Source: Eledone cirrhosa (Eukaryota). From it: 21,380 nucleotides of DNA. Position numbers and translations under genes: made by a program. Positions 1 to 9,516 of the stretch are shown piece by piece. The stretch's first letter is position 1, and every line of letters starts with the position of its first letter. Under the pieces are notes generated by a model. That model worked only from the letters and a program-made list of their open reading frames with translations. It ran no database searches and was not told where the DNA came from. Where the stretch lies: NCBI GenBank assembly GCA_964016885.1, contig CAXHJY010001090.1:1-21380 (forward strand). The letters run 5' to 3'.

Positions 1-511
1 CTACCCGGTTGAGTGCTTATTCGATTTGTGCTATCTATGCAATTTTTTGTATGATATACACATACTGAATTGATTTGCCAAAATATGGGGAATTTCCTCT
101 TGTGACTTACGCATGTGCCTTTACTAACTTCTGCGTCACTCGCAAAATTGGTTACAGAGCAAAATTACCTGTTGATAACGTGATATTCCTTGTTCGATCT
201 TTCTGCTGAAAGTTTATAGTTTTAAGCAGACAGTATTATTGATTTAGGTGTCATAGAAACCCTACATTTGGATTTTACCACCAATTCCATTTGGGTCCAG
301 GTCGGTTTATATCATTTATTTTGTTTGACCTGATTTTTTTGGCTTAGGTGGTTAATGCCTTCTTAACCACTTTTTCAGTTTGTATGGCGTTTTAGCATAT
401 TGTTTAGCTCTGGTTTCTTAACTATTGAGCGCTTGCCAGCATTTCTACGATTTTGCGTTTCGTTTCGCTTTTTCTACCAGCCGAAATACGAGTCTCGCTG
501 AATTATATTTG

Positions 512-638
512 TATATATATATATATATATATATACATATACATTCGATATACATATATATATATATATATATATTCATACAAACATATATATATATATG
601 TATATATAGTATAAATATATACATTCATATATACATAC
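512..638. repeat. (TA)n microsatellite with CA/TG interruptions
   Basis: Runs of tatatata interrupted by catata and tgtata, read directly. Confidence 0.95.
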
Positions 639-725
639 ACATCAGTTTGTGAGTACGTTTGAGTGAGTTGTGAACGAACGAGTTACATCATATGTGACCG
701 TTCGTATATTGATGTAGTGTGACAG

Positions 726-806
726 TGTATATATGTGCATGTATGTATATTGCATATGTGTATATGTGCATGTGTGTATATTGCACATGTGTATATTTGC
801 ACATGC
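726..806. repeat. Degenerate alternating purine-pyrimidine (TA/TG/CA) low-complexity tract
   Basis: gtgtatatatgtgcatgtatgtatattgcatatgtg..., with recurring tgtgtata(t)ttgcaca. Confidence 0.7.
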
Positions 807-940
807 GTACGCTTTATGTGAGTGTAATGTCACGTGACGGTGAGCCGTTCGTTTAAGCTGTCGGAAACAAAACATAATAAGTCTTAATTTCCAGTTTTGT
901 ACAATGAAAACATTGCACTGAACTGTGGCATAGTGTTGTG

Positions 941-3900
941 TGGTGGTGGTGTTGGTGGTGGTGGTGTGGTGGTGGTGTTGGTGTGGTGGTGGTGGTGGTG
1001 GTGGTGTTGGTGTGGTGGTGGTGGTGGTGGTGGTGGTGGCGTTGGTGGTGGTGGTGGTGGTGGTGTTGGTGGTGGTGGTGTTGGTGTGGTGGTGGTGGTG
1101 GTGGTGTTGGTGGTGGTGGTGTTGGTGTGGTGGTGGTGGTGGTGGTGGTGGTGGCGTTGGTGGTGGTGGTGGTGGTGGTGTTGGTGGTGGTGGTGTTGGT
1201 GTGGTGGTGGTGGTGGTGGTGGTGGTGGTGTTGGTGGTGGTGGTGGTGGTGGTGTTGGTGTGGTGGTGGTGGTGGTGGTGTTGGTGGTGGTGGTGTTGGT
1301 GTGGTGGTGGTGGTGGTGGTGGTGGTGGTGTTGGTGGTGGTGGTGGTGGTGGTGGTGTTGGTGGTGGTGGTGTTGGTGTGGTGGTGGTGGTGGTGGTGGT
1401 GGTGGTGTTGGTGGTGGTGGTGGTGGTGGTGGTGTTGGTGGTGGTGGTGTTGGTGTGGTGGTGGTGGTGGTGGTGTTGGTGGTGGTGGTGTTGGTGTGGT
1501 GGTGGTGGTGGTGGTGGTGGTGGTGTTGGTGGTGTTGGTGGTGGTGGTGGTGGTGGTGGTGGTGTTGGTGGTGGTGGTGTTGGTGTGGTGGTGGTGGTGG
1601 TGGTGGTGGTGGTGTTGGTGGTGGTGGTGGTGGTGGTGGTGTTGGTGGTGGTGGTGTTGGTGTGGTGGTGGTGGTGGTGGTGGTGGTGGTGTTGGTGGTG
1701 GTGGTGGTGGTGTTGGTGGTGGTGGTGGTGGTGGTGGTGTTGGTGGTGGTGGTGGTGGTGTGGTGGTGGTGGTGGTGGTGTGGTGGTGGTGGTGTTGGTG
1801 GTGGTGGTGGTGGTGGTGGTGTTGGTGTGGTGGTGGTGTTGGTGTGGTGGTGGTGGTGGTGGTGGTGGTGGTGTGGTGGTGGTGGTGGTGGTGTGGTGGT
1901 GGTGGTGTTGGTGGTGGTGGTGGTGGTGGTGGTGTTGGTGTGGTGGTGGTGTTGGTGTGGTGGTGGTGGTGGTGGTGGTGTGGTGGTGGTGGTGGTGGTG
2001 GTGTGGTGGTGGTGGTGGTGTTGGTGTGGTGGTGGTGTTGGTGTGGTGGTGGTGGTGGTGGTGGTGTGGTGGTGGTGGTGTTGGTGGTGGTGGTGGTGGT
2101 GGTGGTGTTGGTGTGGTGGTGGTGTTGGTGTGGTGGTGGTGGTGTGGTGGTGGTGGTGTGGTGGTGTGGTGTTGGTGGTGGTGGTGGTGGTGGTGGTGGT
2201 GGTGGTGGTGGTGGTGTGGTGGTGGTGGTGGTGGTGGTGGTGGTGTGGTGGTGGCGGTGGTGGTGGTGTTGGTGTGGTGGTGGTGGTGTGGTGGTGGTGG
2301 TGTGGTGGTGTGGTGTTGTGGTGGTGGTGGTGGTGGTGGTGGTGGTGGTGGTGGTGGTGGTGTGGTGGTGGTGGTGGTGGTGGTGGTGGGTGTGGTGGTG
2401 GTGGTGGTGGTGGTGTTGGTGGTGGTGGTGGTGGTGGTGGTGTTGGTGTGGTGGTGGTGGTGTGGTGGTGGTGGTGTGGTGGTGTGGTGGTGGTGGTGGT
2501 GGTGGTGGTGGTGGTGGTGGTGGTGGTGGTGGTGGTGGTGGTGGTGGTGGTGGTGGTGGTGGTGGTGTGGTGGTGGTGGTGGTGGTGGTGGTGTGGTGGT
2601 GGTGGTGGTGGTGGTGGTGTTGGTGTGGTGGTGGTGTTGGTGTGGTGGTGGTGGTGTGGTGGTGTGGTGTTGGTGGTGGTGGTGGTGTTGGTGGTGGTGG
2701 TGGTGGTGGTGGTGGTGGTGGTGGTGGTGGGTGGTGTTGGTGTGGTGGTGGTGGTGGTGGTGGTGGTGTGGTGGTGTGGTGTGGTGGTGGTGGTGGTGGT
2801 GGTGGTGTGGTGGTGGTGGTGTGGTGGTGGTGGTGTGGTGGTGGTGGTGTGGTGGTGTGGTGTTGGTGGTGGTGGTGGTGGTGGTGGTGGTGGTGGTGGT
2901 GTGGTGGTGGTGGTGGTGGTGGTGTGGTGGTGGTGGTGGTGGTGGTGGTGGTGGTGGTGGTGGTGTTGGTGTGGTGGTGTGTGTGGTGGTGGTGGTGTGG
3001 TGGTGTGGTGTTGGTGGTGGTGGTGGTGGTGGTGGTGGTGGTGGTGGTGGTGGTGGTGGTGGTGGTGGTGGTGGTGTGGTGGTGGTGGTGGTGGTGGTGT
3101 GGTGGTGGTGGTGGTGGTGTGGTGGTGGTGGTGGTGGTGGTGGTGGTGTGGTGTTGTGGTGGTGGTGGTGGTGGTGGTGGTGGTGGTGGTGGTGTGGTGT
3201 GGTGGTGGTGGTGGTGTGGTGGTGGTGGGGTGGTGGTGGTGGTGGTGGTGGTGTGGGGTGGTGGTGGTGGTGGTGGTGGTGTGGTGGTGGTGGTGGTGTG
3301 GTGGTGGTGGTGTGGTGGTGTGGTGGTGGTGGTGTGGTGGGTGGTGGTGGTGGTGGGTGGTGGGGTGTGGTGGTGGTGGTGGTGGTGGTGGTGGTGTGGT
3401 GTGGTGGTGGTGGTGGTGATGGTGTGGTGGTGGTGGTGGTGTGGTGGTGGTGGTGGTGGTGGTGGTGGTGGTGGTGGTGTGGTGTGGTGGGTGGTGGTGG
3501 TGGTGGTGGTGGTGGTGGTGGTGGTGTGGTGGTGGTGGTGGTGGTGGTGGTGGTGGTGGTGTGGTGGTGGTGGTGGTGGTGGTGGTGGTGTGGTGTTGGT
3601 GGTGGTGGTGGTGGTGGTGGTGGTGGTGTGGTGGTGTGTGGTGGTGTGGTGTTGGTGGTGGTGGTGGTGTGGTGGTGGTGTGGTGGTGTGGTGGTGGTGG
3701 TGGTGGTGGTGGTGGTGATGGTGTGGTGGTGGTGGTAGTGGTGGTGGTGGTGGTGGTGGTGGTGGGTGTGGTGGTGGTGTGGTGGTGGTGGTGGTGGTGG
3801 GTGGTGTGGTGGTGGTGGTGGTGGTGGTGGTGGTGGTGGTGTGGTGTGGTGGTGGTGGTGGTGGTGGTGGTGGTGGTGTGGTGGTGGTGGTGGTGGTGGT

Positions 3901-5740
3901 GGTGGTGGTGGTGGTGGTGGGTGGTGGTGGTGTGGTGGTGTGGTGGTGGTGTGGTGTTGGTGGTGGTGGTGGTGTGGTGGGGGTGTGGTGGTGTGGTGGT
4001 GTGGGGTGGTGGTGGTGGTGGTGGTGGTGGTGGTGGTGGTGGTGTGGTGGTGGTGGTGGTGTGGTGGTGGTGGTGGTGGTGTGGTGGTGGTGGTGGTGGT
4101 GGTGGTGGTGGTGGTGGTGTTGGTGTGGTGGTGGTGTGGTGTGGTGGTGGTGGTGTGGTGGTGGTGTGGTGGTGGTGGTGGTGGTGGTGGTGGTGGTGGT
4201 GGTGGTGGTGGTGGTGGTGGTGGTGTGGTGGTGGTGGTGGTGGTGATGTGGTGGTGGTGGTGGTGGTGGTGGTGGTGGTGATGGTGTGGTGGTGGTGGTG
4301 GTGGTGGTGGTGGTGGTGGTGGTGGTGGTGGTGGTGGTGGTGGTGGTGGTGTGGTGTGGTGGTGGTGGTGGTGGTGGTGGTGGGTGGTGGTGGTGGTCTG
4401 GTGGTGGTGGTGGTGTTGGTGGTGGTGGTGGTGGTGGTGGTGGTGGTGGTGGTGGTGTGGTGGTGGTGGTGTGGTGGTGTTGGTGGTGGTGGTGGTGGTG
4501 GTGGTGGTGGTGGTGGTTGTGGTGGGGGTGTTGGTGGTGTTGGTGTGGTGGTGGTGGTGGTGGTGGTGGTGGTGGTGGTGGTGGTGATGGTGTGTTGGTG
4601 GTGGTGGTGGTTGTGGTGGTGGTGGTGGTGGTGTGGTGGTGGTGGTGGTGGTGTTGGTGGTGGTGGTGGTGGTGGTAGTGATGGTGGTGTTGGTGGTGGT
4701 GGTGGTGGTGGTGGTGATGGTGGTGTTGGTGGTGGTGGTGGTGGTGGTGGTGGTGGTGGTGTGTGGTGGTGGTGGTGGTGGTGGTGGTGTGGTGTGGTGG
4801 TGGTGGTGGTGGTGGTGGTGGTGGTGGTGGTGTGGTGGTGGTGGTGGTGTGGTGTTGTTGTTGTGGTGGTGGTGGTGGTGGTGGTGGTGGTGGTGGTGGT
4901 GGTGGTGGTGGTGGTGGTGGTTGTGTGGTGGTGGTGGTGGTGTGGTGGTGGTGGTGGTGTGTTGGTGGTGGTGGTGGTGGTGGTGGTGTTGGTGTGGTGG
5001 TGGTGGTGGTGTTGGTGGTGGTGGTGGTGGTGGTGGTGGTGGTGGTGGTGGTGGTGGTGGTGGTGGTGTGGTGGTGGTGGTGGTGTGGTGGTGGTGGTGG
5101 TGGTGGTGGTGGTGGTGGTGGTGGTATGGTGGTGGTGGTGGTGGTGGTGTGGTGGTGGTGGTGTGGTGGTGTGGTGTGGTGGTGGTGTGGTGGTGGTGTG
5201 GTGGTGGTGTTGGTGTAGTGGTGGTGTGGTGGTGGTGGTGGTGGTGGTGTGGTGGTGGTGGTGTGGTGGTGGTGTGGTGGTGTGGTGGTGGTGGTGGTGG
5301 TGGTGGTGGTGTGGTGGTGGTGTGGTGGTGGTGGTGGTGTGGTGGTGGTGGTGGTGGTGGTGGTGTGGTGGTGGTACTGTGGTGGTTTGGTGGCGGTGGT
5401 GGTGGTACTGTGGTGGTGTGGTGACAGTGGTGGTGTGGTGGTGGTGTGGTACTGTGGTGGTAGTGGTGGTGGTGGTGTGGTGGTGGTACTGTGGTGGTAG
5501 TGGCGGTGGTACAGTGGTGGTGTTGGTGGTGGTGTGGTGGTAGTGGTGGTGGTGGTGGTGTTACTGACTGTGGTGGTGTGGTGGTGGTGGTGGTGGTGCT
5601 GGTGGTACTGTGGTGGTGTGGTGTGGTACTGTGGTGGTGGTGGTGATGGTGGTGGTGTTGGTGGTGGTGGTGGTACTGACTGTGGTGGTGTGGTGGTGGT
5701 GTTGGTGGTGGTGGTGGTGGTACTGACTGTGGTAGTGGTG
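941..5740. repeat. ~4.8-kb (TGG)n/(CCA)n trinucleotide array with TG and TGT interruptions
   Basis: Almost pure G/T on the top strand. Phase shifts arise from tg/tgt/tgttgg interruptions; gtact and tactgac variants appear only in ~5375-5730. Confidence 0.98.
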
Positions 5741-5741
5741 T

Positions 5742-5799
5742 TAGTTAGTAGTAGTAGTAGTAGTAGTAGTACTAGTAGTAGTAGTAGTAGTAGTAGTAA

Positions 5800-5869
<70 letters not shown>

Positions 5870-5876
5870 TATAGTG

Positions 5877-5922
<46 letters not shown>

Positions 5923-6000
5923 AACTAGTGGTAGTAGTGGTAGTAGTGGTAGTAGTTGTAGTAGCAGTAGTAGCAGCAGCAGCAGTAGTAGTAATAGTAG
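5742..6000. repeat. (TAG)n microsatellite with TGG/CAG variants
   Basis: Long tagtagtag run directly abutting the TGG array, ending in cagcagcag variants. Confidence 0.97.
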
Positions 6001-6084
6001 AAGGAGGGGAGGGGAGGGGTCATTTGTTGTCCAGAATCTATCATTAGGTGATATAAAGTGTTGATTCTTGGTTCCCAGGTAGAA

Positions 6085-6183
6085 ACTATCAACATCATCA
6101 CCATCAACATCATTACCATCAACATCATCACTATCAACATCATCAGCATCAACATCATCACCATCAACATCAACATCATCACT
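6085..6183. repeat. ~6 copies of a 15-bp ATC-based unit (ACYATCAACATCATC)
   Basis: actatcaacatcatc / accatcaacatcatt / accatcaacatcatc / actatcaacatcatc / agcatcaacatcatc / accatcaacatcaacatcatc. Confidence 0.85.
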
Positions 6184-6440
6184 AGTCTTTCGGTCAATAC
6201 CCAAGATTCATGACCTTAGATAAGGGTTGGCACCAAGATAGCGAGTTTGTCTTTGACACCTATCTCTTTACTTCTGATGACCGAGTGCTGAAGCTGGTGC
6301 ATTACTGCATCAGTTCCTGCAATTTTTACATTCAATTCAGCCTCCTGCCTTCCATCATCCCCGAGATACTTGAACCTCTCTACCTATTTCAGTAGAACTC
6401 CATTCTCGTGTAGAGAATACTGCGCAGGCTCGCTTGCCAT
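6183..6440 (-). mobile_element. Decayed RTE-clade (Expander/Rex3-like) LINE fragment, C-terminal part of the reverse transcriptase
   Basis: Manual minus-strand translation from 6440: MASEPAQYSLHENGVLLK*VERFKYLGDDGRQEAELNVKIAGTDAVMHQLQHSVIRSKEIGVKDKLAILVPTLI*GHESWVLTERL. This fits the RTE pattern QVEEFKYLG...EGR..REI..RI..A.AVM...SVV.KRELS.K.KL....VPTLTYGHE.WV.TER. In-frame stops lie at 6384-6386 and 6216-6218, and two short in-frame deletions are apparent. Confidence 0.88.
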
Positions 6441-6520
6441 CACACATGACACTAATTAAATCACTGAGTAATATTAACCAAGACTAAATATAGAGAGAGG
6501 GGATTGATGTTTCCATATAT

Positions 6521-7807
6521 TGGAAATACCAGCATTATATCGTGTCGTCTCTCTATCTCTGGAAATACCAGCATTATATCGTGTCGTCTTTCTATCTCTG
6601 GAAATACCAGCATTATATCGTGTCGTCTCTCTATCTCTGGAAATACCAGTATTATATCGTGTCGTCTCTCTATCTCTGGAAATACCAGCATTATATCGTG
6701 TCGTCTCTCTATCTCTGGAAATACCAGCATTATATCGTGTCGTCTCTCTATCTCTGGAAATACCAGCATTATATCGTGTCGTCTTTCTATCTCTGGAAAT
6801 ACCAGCATTATATCGTGTCGTCTCTCTATCTCTGGAAATACCAGCATTATATCGTGTCGTCTCTCTATCTCTGGAAATACCAGCATTATATCGTGTCGTC
6901 TCTCTATCTCTGGAAATACCAGCATTATATCGTGTCGTCTCTCTATCTCTGGAAATACCAGCATTATATCGTGTCGTCTCTCTATCTCTGGAAATACCAG
7001 TATTATATCGTGTCGTCTCTCTATCTCTGGAAATACCAGCATTATATCGTCTCGTCTCTCTATCTCTGGAAATACCAGCATTATATCGTGTCGTCTCTCT
7101 ATCTCTGGAAATACCAGCATTATATCGTCTCGTCTCTCTATCTCTGGAAATACCAGCATTATATCGTGTCGTCTCTCTATCTCTGGAAATACCAGCATTA
7201 TATCGTGTCGTCTCTCTATCTCTGGAAATACCAGCATTATATCGTGTCGTCTCTCTATCTCTGGAAATACCAGCATTATATCGTGTCGTCTTTCTATCTC
7301 TGGAAATACCAGCATTATATCGTGTCGTCTCTCTATCTCTGGAAATACCAGCATTATATCGTCTCGTCTCCCTATCTCTGGAAATACCAGCATTATATCG
7401 TGTCGTCTCTCTATCTCTGGAAATACCAGCATTATATCGTGTCGTCTTTCTATCTCTGAAAATACCAGCATTATATCGTGTCGTCTCTCTATCTCTGGAA
7501 ATACCAGCATTATATCGTGTCGTCTCTCTATCTCTGGAAATGCCAGCATTATATCGTGTCGTCTCTCTATCTCTGGAAATACCAGCATTATATCGTGTCG
7601 TCTCTCTATCTCTGGAGATACCAGCATTATATCGTGTCGTCTCTCTATCTCTGGAAATATCAGCATTATATCGTGTCGTCTCTCTATCTCTGGAAATACC
7701 AGCATTATATCGTGTCGTTTCTCTATCTCTGGAAATACCAGCATTATATCGTGTCGTCTCTCTATCTCTGGAAATACCAGCATTATATCGTGTCGTTTCT
7801 CTATCCT
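6521..7807. repeat. 39-bp minisatellite, 33 head-to-tail copies (TGGAAATACCAGCATTATATCGTGTCGTCTCTCTATCTC)
   Basis: Unit 1 starts at 6521 and unit 33 at 7769 (32 x 39 later), so there is no net indel. Only scattered substitutions occur and there are no spacers. Confidence 0.98.
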
Positions 7808-7973
7808 TCTCTGGAAGAAATTTGCTGTCTTCAGACATGGATAGGAGATAAGCTCCGCCAGGTTTAAAAAGCGCCATAAAAAAGCCGTATGTCTTTATGG
7901 TGCCCCTATAACTCATTCAGGAGTTACTGGCCCATACATATCGTGTGGTGGGTTGGGGATTGGTAGGATAATA

Positions 7974-8161
7974 AACTGGCAGAATTGAGAGGGCATCGGA
8001 CGTAGCACTTTGTGATATTTCTTTCGGCTCTTTAAGTTCTGAGTTCAGATTCTGCCGAGGTCAACTTTGCCTTTAATCTTTTTGGGATCGATAAATAAGT
8101 ACCATTCCGACTTTTGACCCCCCCCCCAATTGCTGACCTTGTGCTTATGTTAGAAACAATT
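7974..8161 (+). mobile_element. tRNA-derived SINE, older diverged solo copy
   Basis: A-box-like TGGCAGAATTG (7977), B-box-like GAGTTCAGATTC (8041), core GCCGAGGTCAACTTTGCCTTTAATC...GATCGATAAATAAGTACCA and tail AATTGCTGACCTTGTGC...TAGAAACAAT. Homologous to the five copies at 13.7-19.3 kb. Confidence 0.9.
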
Positions 8162-8274
8162 ACATAGAAAGACATGAATATGGGCTTCCATAAACTCCAA
8201 ATAGATGCCAACATTATATGTAGAGATTAATAGGAGACATTATATATATATAGAAAGATACGAGTATTATGAAA

Positions 8275-8410
8275 TAGCCACGTGTCAACTAAGGAACCTA
8301 TATGCTTGATCTGCTAGAAACAGCATTATAATTTCCCTTGAAGGATATATCAGATAATGTATTCCTGCAAACGGGAAGGTAGGGGATGTTGTGCTTTTGC
8401 TAAAAGGTTA
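8275..8410. mobile_element. Possible degenerate interspersed repeat fragment (unclassified)
   Basis: ggaacctatatgcttgatctgctagaaacagc...aaggatatatcagataatgtattcct resembles, from memory only, an abundant octopus interspersed repeat. There is no second copy in the window to confirm it. Confidence 0.3.
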
Positions 8411-8417
8411 AACTAAA

Positions 8418-8853
8418 TACCAGCTGACCACAGAAGAGAAGTGATACTCGAGAAAGAGAAACGGTATACCAGAAAAGATGTGAGAAGGTGATAAACTGAC
8501 CATACTATGTTACAAGTTGATTGACTCAAACAGGAACATCAACGCTAATCGGTTTGATATTGTTGTGAAAGATTTCAACAATAAAATATTCCCCAGTGTA
8601 TCAGTCCTAATAGATGACGATATATCTCCCCAAGAAGTAAATTATTCAAATATAAAAAACAGGAAATAGAGATAAACAGAATGAAAGGATTAAAAACAGA
8701 AACAAAACTTATAATAAAAAAAGTTGCCTCAGGAATGATTTTTTTATTTTAAATTGTAAACAAATAACCAGTAAGACTTTCAAATATCTACAACCTAGAG
8801 TAATAGCGCTATTAGAGACTGCGCTCATATTAGGTAGAGTATTTTCAATATAG
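8418..8853 (+). mobile_element. Decayed 3' end of an R4/Dong-like non-LTR retrotransposon ORF (restriction-like endonuclease domain)
   Basis: Manual translation from 8418: YQLTTEEK*Y...PEKM*EGDKLTILCYKLIDSNRNINANRFDIVVKDFNNK..VSVLIDDDISPQE. After a frameshift: KYKKQEIEINRMKGLKTETKLII...ASGMI (from 8648). Then IALLETALILGRVFSI* (8803-8853). This matches the RLE pattern ILWD...TDR.I.ANRPDIV.KD...ID.S.P...KE.EK..KY..L..E..RMW.LK...PII.GALG.I...IQK.ALLGTA.ILR..L. Confidence 0.88.
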
Positions 8854-9078
8854 AAGGTATATCAAACGGAATCATTCTATTTCAAAAGGCTATATTTTTC
8901 TAACAAATGACCATATAATCATGTGGTAACTTGTCCAATACATGTCTCAATATAAAGTTTTTATTACTTTTTATAACTTTTGTATAGTTTTATAAAGTTA
9001 TTTACAATTTTTACATGTTTATTCATTTGTCTCAAAAATCTATCCTTTTAAAATCGGGTGATTCTTTTTGATACAGTG
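8853..9078. mobile_element. Tc1/mariner-type MITE (~226 bp, imperfect long inverted repeats, TA-flanked)
   Basis: 8858-8898 (tatatcaaacggaatcattctatttcaaaaggctatatttt) matches the reverse complement of 9035-9075 (tgtatcaaaaagaatcacccgattttaaaaggatagatttt) at 32/41 positions. Weaker symmetry continues inward (acaaatga, catgt, ttgt). TA occurs at 8851-8852 and 9079-9080. Confidence 0.75.
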
Positions 9079-9080
9079 TA

Positions 9081-9182
9081 ATATAAAATATAAAGGTAAA
9101 ACAAATCACTGTACATGCCTAAGCGGCTCAGAATTGCGCCTGATTGCAGGTAAAAGCACGCAATAAAAATAGGACTTCTGTA
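9081..9182 (+). mobile_element. Probable 3' UTR of the R4-like element, resuming after the MITE
   Basis: Lies directly after the MITE and contains AATAAA (9162-9167) followed by A-rich sequence. Resemblance to R4-like 3' UTRs is from memory. Confidence 0.5.
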
Positions 9183-9487
9183 GAAAAAACTAAAATGGTA
9201 ATAACACCAACAAAAGTACTTTACTTGATCTATGCAAAAAATAAAACTGTATTGTCAATTTACCAGATGAAAATAATAAATCCTTATTTCCTATGATCCA
9301 AGCTTTTCCCTCATCTTAATCACACTAAAAGCCATTTTATAGAGAGTGGTAGCCAACCCTTCCCTAAACAATGAACAAAATCGAAGTAAAGCTTAATGAG
9401 GTATTCAGTAGATACATAACGAAACATATAACATGTGTTAATCAGACATAATATAGCAATTGGTGAAGTGGTAAATCTACTTAATCA

Positions 9488-9516
9488 CTCTCTCTCTCTC
9501 ACTCTCTCTCTCTCTC
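9488..9516. repeat. (CT)n microsatellite
   Basis: ctctctctctctcactctctctctctctc. Confidence 0.9.

Noticed and set aside
346-375. Rho-independent terminator (8-bp hairpin followed by TTTTT)
   Set aside because: The context is eukaryotic and no gene lies upstream. It is recorded only as a hairpin.
455-500. Hammerhead ribozyme (CGAAA and TTTCG motifs)
   Set aside because: No CTGANGA core was found at a suitable position on either strand.
829-838. GTCACGTGAC palindromic E-box
   Set aside because: A single short motif with no promoter or gene context.
941-5740. Telomeric repeat array
   Set aside because: The motif is TGG, not TTAGGG, and the tract is flanked by non-telomeric sequence on both sides.
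897-6064. Long poly-Gly/Val/Trp/Ser ORFs (up to 932 aa), and poly-Pro/His/Thr readings on the minus strand
   Set aside because: They are direct translations of (TGG)n and (TAG)n. The TGG tract is open in all three frames and shifts phase constantly, so there is no coding constraint.
5869-6204. Asp-rich (DDVDG) and poly-Leu minus-strand ORF
   Set aside because: It is made of the 15-bp ATC repeat and the TAG repeat joined to the end of the RTE fossil.
6521-7807. CRISPR array
   Set aside because: Units are head-to-tail with no unique spacers, there are no cas genes, and the context is eukaryotic.
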